Origin: an uncultured Haloferula sp.
GTDB taxonomy: Bacteria > Verrucomicrobiota > Verrucomicrobiia > Verrucomicrobiales > Akkermansiaceae
Length of the DNA: 64,000 bases
Assembly (NCBI GenBank): GCA_965652295.1
Contig: CBFGTS010000002.1
Location: forward strand, 128,001 to 192,000
Direction: 5' to 3'
The position numbers were made by a program, and so were the translations under genes. The notes under the pieces were generated by a model, which was given only the letters and a program-made list of their open reading frames with translations, had not been told where the DNA came from and searched no databases. Shown in pieces: positions 17,930 through 27,000 of the stretch; position 1 is the stretch's first letter; each line of letters starts with the position of its first letter.

Positions 17930-18673
17930 TCACGTCTCCAGCGAGCGCCACAGCACAAATGCGCCGGTTGCCAGGATCATCCCAGCGAAGCCCCGCCGCA
18001 GCTGCCGCTCCGGAAAACGGATTGATAGACATTTTCCCGCCACCGTCCCGACGACCGCAAATGCGGTGAACAGAAGGGTCAATGCCCCATGCCCCGCCTC
18101 CATCGCCCCGTGCGAGATCCAGCCGATGAGTGAATTCACAGCGATCACCGCCAGCGAGGTCCCAACCGCCATCCGGATCGGAAGACGAGCGAATTTCATA
18201 AGTGCCGGCATCAAAAGGAATCCACCGCCCACGCCCATGAAGCCGGTGAGAATGCCCGTACCGGCCCCGGCGAGGAGGCAGCGAAACGGTTTGCACTCGG
18301 GTGCGATTTCATTCGGCACCTCACCGCCCAAGAACATCCGCCATGCCACGAGCAACATCAGCAGACCGAAAGCCCCCATCAGCAGCGAAGCAGGAACCAA
18401 GGAAGTGAAGCGTGCTCCGAGCGCCGCCCCGGCCATGCCGGAAAGCCCGAACATCAGCGCCGCCCGGCCGTGGAACTCACCTGATTTCCACCGCTGGACC
18501 GCCCCCACGAGGGCTGCCGAGCCGACCACAAAAAGACTCACCGGCACCGCTTCGTGCGGGGGCAGCCCGGCCAGATAGACCAGTACTGGAAGCGTCAGGA
18601 TGCTGCCACCCGCGCCGGTGAGTCCGAGCGATAGCCCGATCGCAACCGCCCCGGCGATGGTCAGCAGGTTCAT
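17930..18673 (-). CDS. TauE/SafE-family sulfite exporter
   Basis: GLTGAGGSILTLP and GFMGVGGGFLLMP repeats; about 8 TMs; ATGA overlap with the upstream gene. Confidence 0.93.
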   Translation of the reverse strand: MNLLTIAGAVAIGLSLGLTGAGGSILTLPVLVYLAGLPPHEAVPVSLFVVGSAALVGAVQRWKSGEFHGRAALMFGLSGMAGAALGARFTSLVPASLLMGAFGLLMLLVAWRMFLGGEVPNEIAPECKPFRCLLAGAGTGILTGFMGVGGGFLLMPALMKFARLPIRMAVGTSLAVIAVNSLIGWISHGAMEAGHGALTLLFTAFAVVGTVAGKCLSIRFPERQLRRGFAGMILATGAFVLWRSLET

Positions 18674-19239
18674 GGCGCGGGCACCGTTACCTTCCAAATG
18701 CCGCGCAACTCATTGAGCGCGTAGCCGGTCGCTTTGTCCTGAGGATAGAGCTCCGCCAATGTCGTCCGCGTCTCCGGCAGCACCTGCGGCTCGCCACCGT
18801 GGCAACTCAGACAAAGCTCGGAGGTGATCATGATCGGCAGCCGGACCTCAGCCGAGCCGTCGGCATCTCGCACAACTTGCGGCGCGGGCGTGGAACCTTG
18901 CAGGATCGACTCCTGAAACGTCTCCATCACCCGCTTGTCCACAGTGGTCGCCATCTGGGCGGGGTTGCGGGGTCTGTCGCTGACGCGTTTTAGGGAAACG
19001 CCGTGTTCGCGGCCGATCTCGTCGGCGAGAGCCGCCGCGCGGGTCGAGCAGATCTGGATCGCCGCAGGCGGACCACCCTCGCCCATCGCCCGGGCAAGCT
19101 CGCCGGAGAGCTTCGCGAAGGCGGCCTGCGCCGCAGCCTCCGCTTTTTCCACGGCCTCCATCTCGTTGAGTGACGCCGGAACAGGCCTGGACCGGCACCC
19201 GGCGATCACCAGCAGCGCGAGCAACGGCCACAATTTCAT
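18670..19239 (-). CDS. DUF3365 / Tll0287-like c-type cytochrome lipoprotein
   Basis: Lipobox IAGC; AAIQIC; RVSDRPRNP; heme motif CLSCH; YPQDKATGY..ELRG. Confidence 0.88.
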   Translation of the reverse strand: MKLWPLLALLVIAGCRSRPVPASLNEMEAVEKAEAAAQAAFAKLSGELARAMGEGGPPAAIQICSTRAAALADEIGREHGVSLKRVSDRPRNPAQMATTVDKRVMETFQESILQGSTPAPQVVRDADGSAEVRLPIMITSELCLSCHGGEPQVLPETRTTLAELYPQDKATGYALNELRGIWKVTVPAP

Positions 19240-20663
19240 GAACGGAGAGCCTCGGGGATTTCCGCGAACGAACCATCGACGTGTACGACCTGGAAGCCTC
19301 TGGACGCCAGAAACGACGCGGCCAGCGCCGCACGCAGCCCGCTGGCGCAGTGAACCAGCAGAGGTTTGCCATCCGGCACCTCATCCAGCCGCGCCAGCAA
19401 TCGCGTGTGAGCGACATTGACCGCCCCCGACACATGGCCCGCCTTGAACTCACCCGCACCGCGGACATCCAGAACCACACTGTTCTCACGCTCCAACGCT
19501 TCACCGAGACGGGTGGTGGCGAGACGTTCAATGGAGGTGGTGAACTCCGCTGATTCGATGGCTTCGCCCACAGGCATCCAGGCATCGATCTGATCGAGGC
19601 CGATCCGGATCAGATCGCGCACGATACCGTCGAGGTCGCTCTCATTTTCCACCAGCAGCAGGACCGGCGCGTCCTCTTCAAGATACGATCCCGCGGCCAC
19701 CGAATGTTTCCCTCCGGAGAGCGGGGCGAAGAGAGCCCCCTTGACATGCCTCTTCATGAACGCCTCCCGATCACTCCTGAGGTCGAGAATCCGATGATCC
19801 CCCTTCGAAAGCCAATCGGCCAGACCCGCCGCGTCGAGTCGCTCCGGTGCCGGCAATCTGCCCCCCGGCAGAAGCGCCGGCCCCTGGCGGTTGTCGCGTT
19901 TCATCCTCGCGAAATAGAGCGGCGGTTCCGGCTGGCCATCGAGGATCTCATCGACGAAATCCTGTTCTTCGCCCTCCAATGCCAGCCGCAAGGCCGGGTT
20001 GTGGCGGCGTTCGTAATCCAGCACGCTCACCGGCACGCTGCCCAGTGCCTTGCCGCAGGCACTCCCGGCACCGTGCGCGGGCAGCACTTGGAGAAATCCG
20101 GGAAGCGTTGCCGTGCTACGGAGGCTCTCATACAAAACCCTCGCCGAAGGTTCCATCTGCCCCGCCTGACCGGCAGCGCTCTCCAACAAATCCGGCCGGC
20201 CCACATCCCCGACAAACAGAAAGTCCCCGCTGAGAATCGCCAATGGCTCTTCCGCGCCACCACCATCGTCGATCACCAGGAAGCTCAAGTGCTCCGGGGT
20301 GTGACCCGGTGTCAGGATCGCTTGAACCTCGACGTTCCCGATGTGAAATGCGTCCCCATCGCGGAGCAAAGTGACGCCTTCCAGTCCCTTCGCCCATTCG
20401 AACTGCCAGTCGTCTCCGCCCTCGGCGGAAAGGTAACCCTTCGCTCCATGGCGCTCGATCAGCTCACGTGCGCCGCTCAGAAAGTCCGCGTGGATGTGGG
20501 TATCCGCCACGGCGGTGATGCGGAGGTCATTCTTCGCGGCGAGTTCTAGGTAGCGGTCCACGTCCCTTTCGGGATCGATCACGACCGCCTCGCCGGTTTT
20601 CTGGCAGCCGATCAAATAAGCATTCTGCGCCAGAACCGGATCCGTGACTTGTCTTAAAAACAT
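19236..20663 (-). CDS. Persulfide dioxygenase-rhodanese fusion (CstB-like MBL fold)
   Basis: THIHADF, TPGHTPEH, GDFLFVGDVGRPDL, PAHGAGSACG; a middle Cys-less rhodanese domain; C-terminal HCASGLRA. Confidence 0.93.
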   Translation of the reverse strand: MFLRQVTDPVLAQNAYLIGCQKTGEAVVIDPERDVDRYLELAAKNDLRITAVADTHIHADFLSGARELIERHGAKGYLSAEGGDDWQFEWAKGLEGVTLLRDGDAFHIGNVEVQAILTPGHTPEHLSFLVIDDGGGAEEPLAILSGDFLFVGDVGRPDLLESAAGQAGQMEPSARVLYESLRSTATLPGFLQVLPAHGAGSACGKALGSVPVSVLDYERRHNPALRLALEGEEQDFVDEILDGQPEPPLYFARMKRDNRQGPALLPGGRLPAPERLDAAGLADWLSKGDHRILDLRSDREAFMKRHVKGALFAPLSGGKHSVAAGSYLEEDAPVLLLVENESDLDGIVRDLIRIGLDQIDAWMPVGEAIESAEFTTSIERLATTRLGEALERENSVVLDVRGAGEFKAGHVSGAVNVAHTRLLARLDEVPDGKPLLVHCASGLRAALAASFLASRGFQVVHVDGSFAEIPEALRS

Positions 20664-20682
20664 GGGTCGGACAGGTTGGTGT

Positions 20683-21222
20683 TCAGCGCGAGCAGGAGTT
20701 GCCGTGGCAGCAATGCCCGGAGCGCTGGTTCCAGGGAGCCTTGGCCAGAAGCATCGCCATCCCGCACCAGTCGGTCAGGCCCGCAAAGGTCAATCCCGCT
20801 CCCACAAATGCCGCTATACCATAAAATCCGGGGTGCACCCAAGCGCCGAGAACCACGCCGGTGAGAACCAACAGCCCGGCCACGATCCTGACCTGTCTTT
20901 CGAGCGAAAGCACTTCCTTGCCGCGGTTTACCGGCAGCCCCGCCTCTTCCCACGCCGTCACACCGCCCTCGAGCACGCGGAGATTCGCGCAACCCGCCGC
21001 GGCCAGCTTCTCCATCGCCTGCGCCGCCCGTTTTCCTGAGCGGCAGACGATCACGCAGTCCTTGGCGGACGACTTCACCTCTTCCGGTCGCAGGCGGTCG
21101 AGCGGCATCAGGCGTGAGCCCTCGATGTGAACCTCGCCATACTCCGCAGGCGTGCGCACATCGATGAGCTGCACCTTGCCGGTCATCAGTTCGTCCTTCA
21201 GTTGATTCGCGTCGATCTTCAT
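20683..21222 (-). CDS. YgaP-like membrane rhodanese (rhodanese + DUF2892)
   Basis: IDVRTPAEY, VCRSGKRA, LEGGVTAW, LERQVRIVAG...GLTDWCGMA..PWN; start taken at MKIDAN. Confidence 0.92.
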   Translation of the reverse strand: MKIDANQLKDELMTGKVQLIDVRTPAEYGEVHIEGSRLMPLDRLRPEEVKSSAKDCVIVCRSGKRAAQAMEKLAAAGCANLRVLEGGVTAWEEAGLPVNRGKEVLSLERQVRIVAGLLVLTGVVLGAWVHPGFYGIAAFVGAGLTFAGLTDWCGMAMLLAKAPWNQRSGHCCHGNSCSR

Positions 21223-21262
21223 GCGGGTTGCCCGATAATCCCGGGTTGATTTGTTAATTGCG

Positions 21263-21312
21263 TATATAACCATTCAGTTATTCTTGCGCAAGGAAAAATT
21301 TGCGGGCACGGT
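21263..21312. promoter_or_regulatory. Divergent promoters and putative ArsR operator
   Basis: Palindrome CTTGCGCAAG (21283-21292) provides TTGCGC on both strands, 17 nt from TATATA (minus) and CACGGT (plus); inverted repeat ATAAC-N6-GTTAT at 21266-21281. Confidence 0.6.
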
Positions 21313-21318
21313 TCCGGC

Positions 21319-21633
21319 ATGAGACTTGAGATGGACGAACTCGAGCGGGTGGCCGGCTTCTTTCGCGCGTTTTCCGAGCCCACGCGCCTGGCGCTGCTGC
21401 AGGAGTTGAAGGAGGCCGAAAAGACGGTGGGCGAGCTCGTCGACAGCCTCCCCACCACGCAGGCGAATGTTTCCAAGCAGCTCAAAATCCTCCACACCGC
21501 CGGCTTGGTCGGCCGACGCAAAGAGGGAACCAGCGTGCTCTACTCGATCTGCGAACCGGCCGTCATGGACCTCTGCCGGATCGCCTGCGACAAGCTGAAC
21601 AGCGAGGCGAAGCCCCGGAAGTTGCGTTTCTGA
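21319..21633 (+). CDS. ArsR/SmtB-family regulator
   Basis: FRAFSEPTRLALL, TVGELV, QANVSKQLKIL..AGLV.RRKEG..VLY; three C-terminal Cys. Confidence 0.95.
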   Translation: MRLEMDELERVAGFFRAFSEPTRLALLQELKEAEKTVGELVDSLPTTQANVSKQLKILHTAGLVGRRKEGTSVLYSICEPAVMDLCRIACDKLNSEAKPRKLRF

Positions 21634-21639
21634 GCCGAC

Positions 21640-22539
21640 CTACGGAAACTTTAGTAGTGGAGCGCCGACGCCTTCGCTGGTGACGAGGATCGCCTTCCCG
21701 TCCGGTTCGAACGCGATGGCCTCGGCTTGAGTCAAGCGATGCGAGCCGACCGTTTCCCACGGTCGCGCGAAGGCTTCGGACCAGCTCTCCTTTTCGCCAC
21801 GCCGGATCACGAACACGCCCTGATAGGTGAGCACCGCCGCCGTCCGTCCGTCGCGTGAGAAATCCATCGCCGTCGGCTGCTTTCCGTAGGGATGGAACGG
21901 CATGCCCTCGGGTACCGGAGGAACCAATGTCTCACCAAGGAATTCAGCCGTTTCCATACCGCCTCCGCCCGGGCGTTCGAGGGGCAGACGGTAGAGACGC
22001 GGCTTCTTGTCGCGCTTGCTGAGGAGAAAAATCGATCCACCCGGAACATCGACCGCCACCGCCTCGCAGTCGCGCGGGCCGTCGGGATAGCGGAATTCGA
22101 CCCTACCGATCGTTTCCGGCGCGACGTCCAGCAAGTCGCCATTCCGGGGCATTTCAGGCTCCGGGACAAAGTAGAGGCTGCCACCTCCTTTGCGGACGGC
22201 CTCGTTGTCACCCACGTCCGCCACCAGCAACCACGAACGACCTTTCCAGCGGAACGCCGCGAGGTCCTCCCAGTCGATGTTTCGCGCGCCCGCCAAACGG
22301 ACGACTCCGCGTGCCCGGCCGCTGCGGTCGGCAAGGTGGATCGTGGCCGGGCAGCCACTGTCGTTGATCAACCAGAGAAACGAAGGATCGCTGGGCGAAA
22401 CCGCCATGCCGCTCGCCTCGGGCAGGGCCGGATCGGCGAATTTGACGGCCTCCGGCTCGTCCGCCATGCCCGCGCAGGTAGCGAGGGCCACCGCTGCGGG
22501 ACAGAATGACCAGCGGGAAAAGAAAGCGGCGGCGTGCAT
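21640..22539 (-). CDS. Secreted beta-propeller-like hypothetical protein
   Basis: Signal peptide; EASG, INDSG, DWEDLA, ADVGDN, DCEAV and QAEAIAF repeated blade-like motifs. Confidence 0.75.
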   Translation of the reverse strand: MHAAAFFSRWSFCPAAVALATCAGMADEPEAVKFADPALPEASGMAVSPSDPSFLWLINDSGCPATIHLADRSGRARGVVRLAGARNIDWEDLAAFRWKGRSWLLVADVGDNEAVRKGGGSLYFVPEPEMPRNGDLLDVAPETIGRVEFRYPDGPRDCEAVAVDVPGGSIFLLSKRDKKPRLYRLPLERPGGGGMETAEFLGETLVPPVPEGMPFHPYGKQPTAMDFSRDGRTAAVLTYQGVFVIRRGEKESWSEAFARPWETVGSHRLTQAEAIAFEPDGKAILVTSEGVGAPLLKFP

Positions 22540-22631
22540 ACGACGAACTTTCGCCGCCCTCCCACGCGATGCAAGCCCGCCGGAGGTTCGCCGGTCTTGC
22601 CTCCCCGGCTGTCGTCCGTTAACTCCGGCCC

Positions 22632-24050
22632 GTGATTCCGAACGTCCTCGCCGAACGCTACGCCTCCCCCGCCCTCCAAGCCATCTGGTCCGCCGAAGGC
22701 CGCATCGTGCTTGAGCGCGAGTTCTGGATCGCCGTGATGAAGGCCCAGCGCGACCTCGGCCTCGACGTCCCGCAGGAGGCCATCGACGCCTATGAAAAGG
22801 TGAAGGATCAGGTCGACGCCGCCTCCATCATGGAGCGCGAGCGCATCACCCGCCACGATGTGAAGGCACGCATCGAGGAATTCAACGACCTCGCCGGCCA
22901 CGAGCACGTCCACAAGGGCATGACCTCGCGCGACCTCACCGAGAATGTCGAGCAGCTCCAGGTCTTTCGTTCTCTGCAGATCATCCGTGACAAGTCGGTC
23001 GCCACGCTGGCCCGCGTCTCGAAACGCGCCGCGCAGTGGGCCGACCTCGTCATCACCGCCCGCACCCACAACGTCGCCGCCCAGCCGACCACTTTCGGCA
23101 AACGTCTCGCGATGTTCGGAGAAGAGATGCTTTCCGCCCACGCCGCCGTGCAGGACCTGGTGGACCGCTATCCCGTCCGGGGCCTGAAGGGCGCGGTGGG
23201 CACCCAGATGGACCAGTTGTCGCTCTTCGATGGCGATGCGGCAAAGGTCGCCGAACTGGAGAAGCAGGTCGTCGCCCACCTTGGCATGCCGGCGGTGTGG
23301 ACCAACGTCGGTCAGGTCTACCCGCGCTCGCTTGATTTCCGCGTGGTCGCCGCCCTCACCGACCTCGGCAGCGGACCTTCCTCCTTCGCCAAAACCCTGC
23401 GCCTGATGGCGGGGCACGAAACCGCCAGCGAAGGCTTCGCGCCCGGACAGACCGGATCGAGCGCGATGCCCCACAAGATGAACTCCCGCTCCTGCGAACG
23501 GGTGAACGGCTTCCACGTCATCCTCAAAGGACACCTCACCATGGCCGGTGGCCTCGCGGGCGATCAGTGGAACGAGGGAGACGTGTCCTGCTCCGTCGTT
23601 CGACGGGTGATGCTGCCCGATGCGTTCTTCGCCATCGACGGACTGTTCGAGACGTTCCTGACCGTCCTCGATCAAATGGACGCCTACCCCGCCGTCATCG
23701 CCAAGGAGAACGCGCACTACCTCCCCTTCCTCATGACCACCACGATCATGATGGAGGCGGTGAAAGCCGGCGTCGGCCGCGAGACCGCCCACAAGGCGAT
23801 CAAGGAACATGCCGTGGCCACCGTGAACGATCTCCGCTCCGGTAAATCCAGTACGAATGATCTCGTCGTCCGGCTCGCTGGCGATGCACGCATCCCGTTG
23901 ACCCAGGAGCAGCTCACCGCGATCGTCGCCACCGGAGAGAGCAACGCCGGGGCCGCCGGTCGCCAGATCGCCGCTTTCGTGTCCGCCGTGGAAGAGCTTT
24001 CCTCCCGCCACCCGGAAGCCGCGGCTTACGCACCGGGCTCGATCCTTTGA
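22632..24050 (+). CDS. purB: Adenylosuccinate lyase
   Basis: RHDVKA, HKGMTSRD, RTHNVAAQPTT and signature GSSAMPHKMN. Confidence 0.97.
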   Translation: MIPNVLAERYASPALQAIWSAEGRIVLEREFWIAVMKAQRDLGLDVPQEAIDAYEKVKDQVDAASIMERERITRHDVKARIEEFNDLAGHEHVHKGMTSRDLTENVEQLQVFRSLQIIRDKSVATLARVSKRAAQWADLVITARTHNVAAQPTTFGKRLAMFGEEMLSAHAAVQDLVDRYPVRGLKGAVGTQMDQLSLFDGDAAKVAELEKQVVAHLGMPAVWTNVGQVYPRSLDFRVVAALTDLGSGPSSFAKTLRLMAGHETASEGFAPGQTGSSAMPHKMNSRSCERVNGFHVILKGHLTMAGGLAGDQWNEGDVSCSVVRRVMLPDAFFAIDGLFETFLTVLDQMDAYPAVIAKENAHYLPFLMTTTIMMEAVKAGVGRETAHKAIKEHAVATVNDLRSGKSSTNDLVVRLAGDARIPLTQEQLTAIVATGESNAGAAGRQIAAFVSAVEELSSRHPEAAAYAPGSIL

Positions 24051-26228
24051 TCAATTCTGCTCGATCTTCCAGCGCGCGAACCTTGCATCGGGGCCAAGGG
24101 GAACTTCACCGATCAATGTTCCATCCTGCCAGGACACGCTGACTCCGGTCGTAGTCCAGTCGGTCATGTTGGAGGAGACCTCCATCTCATAGCTGACGTC
24201 AGACTTCATGTCTGGAAGTGCCAGTTCCATGCGCAGCGTGGACGCCGTGGCAGCCAGCGTTGAGGGAAGAATGCTCTTGGTTTCCGGATCGAGTCCGAGC
24301 GCGTATTCCAACCCGTCCGAAAGCCCATCGCCGTCCGAATCGGCCTCGAAATCTCCGGGCACGATGGGGAACTCCGCCTGAACCCACTCGATGAAGTTGC
24401 CGAGCGGGCTTTGGAAAGTGACTTCGCGCGGGTTCGGCGACGAGTACCGTCGCCCGCCCAGGTGCGCGCCCAGCGAAATCACGCGGCTCTCTCCAGGCAG
24501 CGGGCTTTCCGAAAGAGTCGTGGAATCCAACCTCACGAAGTTCTCCCCGGCGGCGGCCGGCACGGTGTCCTCATGCACCACCCAGTTCGAATTCACCACC
24601 GAGATGTCGTCGATGAAGCTGCCGATCCGCGGGTCGTTTCCATTAAAAACGTCCCCGCTCACATACTTCTGAACGAAGCGAACAAGCGTGGGAAGGCCCG
24701 GTTCAAGATCCACTGTCCTGAGACTGAACGACAAGTCCTCGGTGCTCTTACCGGTTACACTGTCCACGACCTCCCAGTTCGTCCCGTCGTGCGAAAACTC
24801 AACATCGATCGTCTCCCCGATCGTCATGAATCCTCTTTTGAGGTAGTAGCGGAACTGTCCGCCGGTATTCGCAACGATCTTGCGGTTCAACGTGAAGGAC
24901 TGGGAAGGAGGGAACCCGAGAGCGGGAAGCCGCAGACGCAGGCGGAACGATTTCGTGCCCGTCCGCCGGTATTGGGTCGAGGCAAGGGCGTAGGTTCCAT
25001 CCGTTCCGTCGACGATGTAGCCGGTCGTTCCGGTCTCCGCCCCTTCGGTCCAAGCCGTTGGCTCGACTTCCGCCACCGTGACATCGTGGCTTTCAGCAGC
25101 GTTCACCGGCTCAAAATAGTATTTTGCCCCGCTCACCGGAGGAGAGGAAGTTCCGGTGAGAGTCAACGGCTCTTGAAGGTCATCGGGATCCATCACCGTG
25201 ACCTGATAGCTGTGATTCTGGCTCTGGCCGTCGATCAGCACTCCCTGAACGGTGACGGAGTAGGTCTGGTCGGATGAGACCGAGGTCGCGGCCACTCCCG
25301 ACGGGACTTCCCAGACAATCGTGGGCTCCCCTTGATCCCCCGGTGCGCGGGCGACCACCGTCACCGGAACCGCACCCGCCGGACCTGACATGGTCACGGT
25401 CGCACTGGAAAAATCGGCATTGGGGTGGCTCAGCGACCACAAGCTCGTCATCAGCTCGGCAGGAAAGTAACCCGCAGAAGGCCATGGCACAAACCTCGGT
25501 GTGATGGGCGTCTCGTGCTCCGCGGCTGGGAACACGTAAAGGACGTTCGTAGGGCGAAGCGTCGCAGTGCCGTTTCCCGGCGTGTTACCGGTCGCAAAGT
25601 CCGTGCTTCCTTGTCTCAACAGCCACCGCCGGTGACCGACGTTTCCATTCCAGACCGAGAGCGTGGTGGGATCGTTTTCCCGCATGTAGGCATCCACAGC
25701 GTCCGGGCCGTGAAATCCGATGGCAAGGTTGCCGTAGTTGGCAGCGTTCCAAGCCGCTGGCGACCAGCAGTGGTAGGGTGGCTGAATATTGGGCGGATTG
25801 TGGGTGAGTATTTTCGCCCAAGAGAACATCACCGCCGCGGTTTCGGCCGCCGCTTGCTTTGTCGTCGAGGCCGGCGGTTTGTACGTGTCCGACGTCCGGA
25901 TCACCACCTTGGACCCGGTGTTCGTCAGGGTATCGGCATTCACCCCGGCCATCGCCCGGTAGAAATTGATCCGCCGCTCGAACTTCTCAATGTACTCCAG
26001 CGAAACAGAGCCCGGATTGCAGCTCGAATAGTCGCCTGTCCAGTCCATGACCTCGTCGGCGTCGCTCGAACTTTCGTAGTACCGATTCCAGAATGCGACC
26101 ACGGCATTCCGATCGCTCGTATCGACCGAAAGTGAAGTCGTGGGAATCTCCGACGCGACCGAAGCCGTGTGAAGAAGGCACAGGATGAGAGGGACGATTC
26201 CGCGTCCAGGCGGGATTGGGTGAGGCAC
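24051..26228 (-). CDS. Secreted CAP/SCP-domain protein with beta-sandwich modules and a Verrucomicrobia-type C-terminal domain
   Basis: Signal peptide; RINFYRAMAG, LTHNP, NLA and GHRRWLL CAP motifs; C-terminal W...ADSDGDGLSDGLEYALGLDP...YEMEVSSNMTDW...RFAR. Confidence 0.8.
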   Translation of the reverse strand: MPHPIPPGRGIVPLILCLLHTASVASEIPTTSLSVDTSDRNAVVAFWNRYYESSSDADEVMDWTGDYSSCNPGSVSLEYIEKFERRINFYRAMAGVNADTLTNTGSKVVIRTSDTYKPPASTTKQAAAETAAVMFSWAKILTHNPPNIQPPYHCWSPAAWNAANYGNLAIGFHGPDAVDAYMRENDPTTLSVWNGNVGHRRWLLRQGSTDFATGNTPGNGTATLRPTNVLYVFPAAEHETPITPRFVPWPSAGYFPAELMTSLWSLSHPNADFSSATVTMSGPAGAVPVTVVARAPGDQGEPTIVWEVPSGVAATSVSSDQTYSVTVQGVLIDGQSQNHSYQVTVMDPDDLQEPLTLTGTSSPPVSGAKYYFEPVNAAESHDVTVAEVEPTAWTEGAETGTTGYIVDGTDGTYALASTQYRRTGTKSFRLRLRLPALGFPPSQSFTLNRKIVANTGGQFRYYLKRGFMTIGETIDVEFSHDGTNWEVVDSVTGKSTEDLSFSLRTVDLEPGLPTLVRFVQKYVSGDVFNGNDPRIGSFIDDISVVNSNWVVHEDTVPAAAGENFVRLDSTTLSESPLPGESRVISLGAHLGGRRYSSPNPREVTFQSPLGNFIEWVQAEFPIVPGDFEADSDGDGLSDGLEYALGLDPETKSILPSTLAATASTLRMELALPDMKSDVSYEMEVSSNMTDWTTTGVSVSWQDGTLIGEVPLGPDARFARWKIEQN

Positions 26229-26276
26229 AGCAAGATGTTTTTACCGAAAAACGAACATTTCCTCAAGAAAAGTTAG

Positions 26277-26993
26277 CTAGCCGGAATTCCTGACAAACCT
26301 CAAAGCGGAAAGACCGTAGATGGCGGCCGTTTCGCTGCGGAGCACGGCACTTCCAAGGGAAACGGGCACCCAACCCGTCCTCACGCCCAACTGAATCTCC
26401 TCCACCGAGAAGTCCCCCTCGGGTCCGATAAGTAACTTCACTAGCGTCGAATCAACAGCATCCGCCGCCATTTCAGCCAGTGGCCGCGCCTCACCCATCA
26501 GAGCCGCCATCAGCTTCAGTCCTTCCTCCTGGACGGGAACCCACCCGTCGAACGCCGCCACTTCATGAATGACCGGTAGCCGGCTGCGTCCGCACTGTTT
26601 GCAGGCTTCCAGGGCGATTCGACGCCACTTGTCCGCCTTGGCCTCGGCGGGCTTCACCACCGCCCGTCGGGTGGACAGGGGCTGGATTTCGGTGACACCG
26701 AGTTCGACCGCTTTTTGAATCAGCCACTCCATCCCTTTGGCTTTGATGACCGCCTGCGCCAGCACTGTTCGCATCCGAGGTGCCTCCTCATGCTTCACCG
26801 GGCCCAGACGTAGTCGCACGTCATGACGGGAAACCGCCTCGATCACTGCTTCCGCTGATCTTCCGTCGCCATCGAATACGTCGAGCCGATCGCCCGGCCG
26901 CATCCTCATGACCCGTGAACAATGCACCGCCTCCTCGCCGGTCAGCGCGGGCGAATCGCTCCAAGCCACGGGATCGAGGAAGAAGCGGGCCAT
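26277..26993 (-). CDS. rsmE: 16S rRNA m3U1498 methyltransferase
   Basis: H..RVMRM, QKAVELGV, EACKQCGR, IGPEGDF and LRSETAA; start MARFF at 26993. Confidence 0.95.
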   Translation of the reverse strand: MARFFLDPVAWSDSPALTGEEAVHCSRVMRMRPGDRLDVFDGDGRSAEAVIEAVSRHDVRLRLGPVKHEEAPRMRTVLAQAVIKAKGMEWLIQKAVELGVTEIQPLSTRRAVVKPAEAKADKWRRIALEACKQCGRSRLPVIHEVAAFDGWVPVQEEGLKLMAALMGEARPLAEMAADAVDSTLVKLLIGPEGDFSVEEIQLGVRTGWVPVSLGSAVLRSETAAIYGLSALRFVRNSG

Positions 26994-27000
26994 GGGCGGA

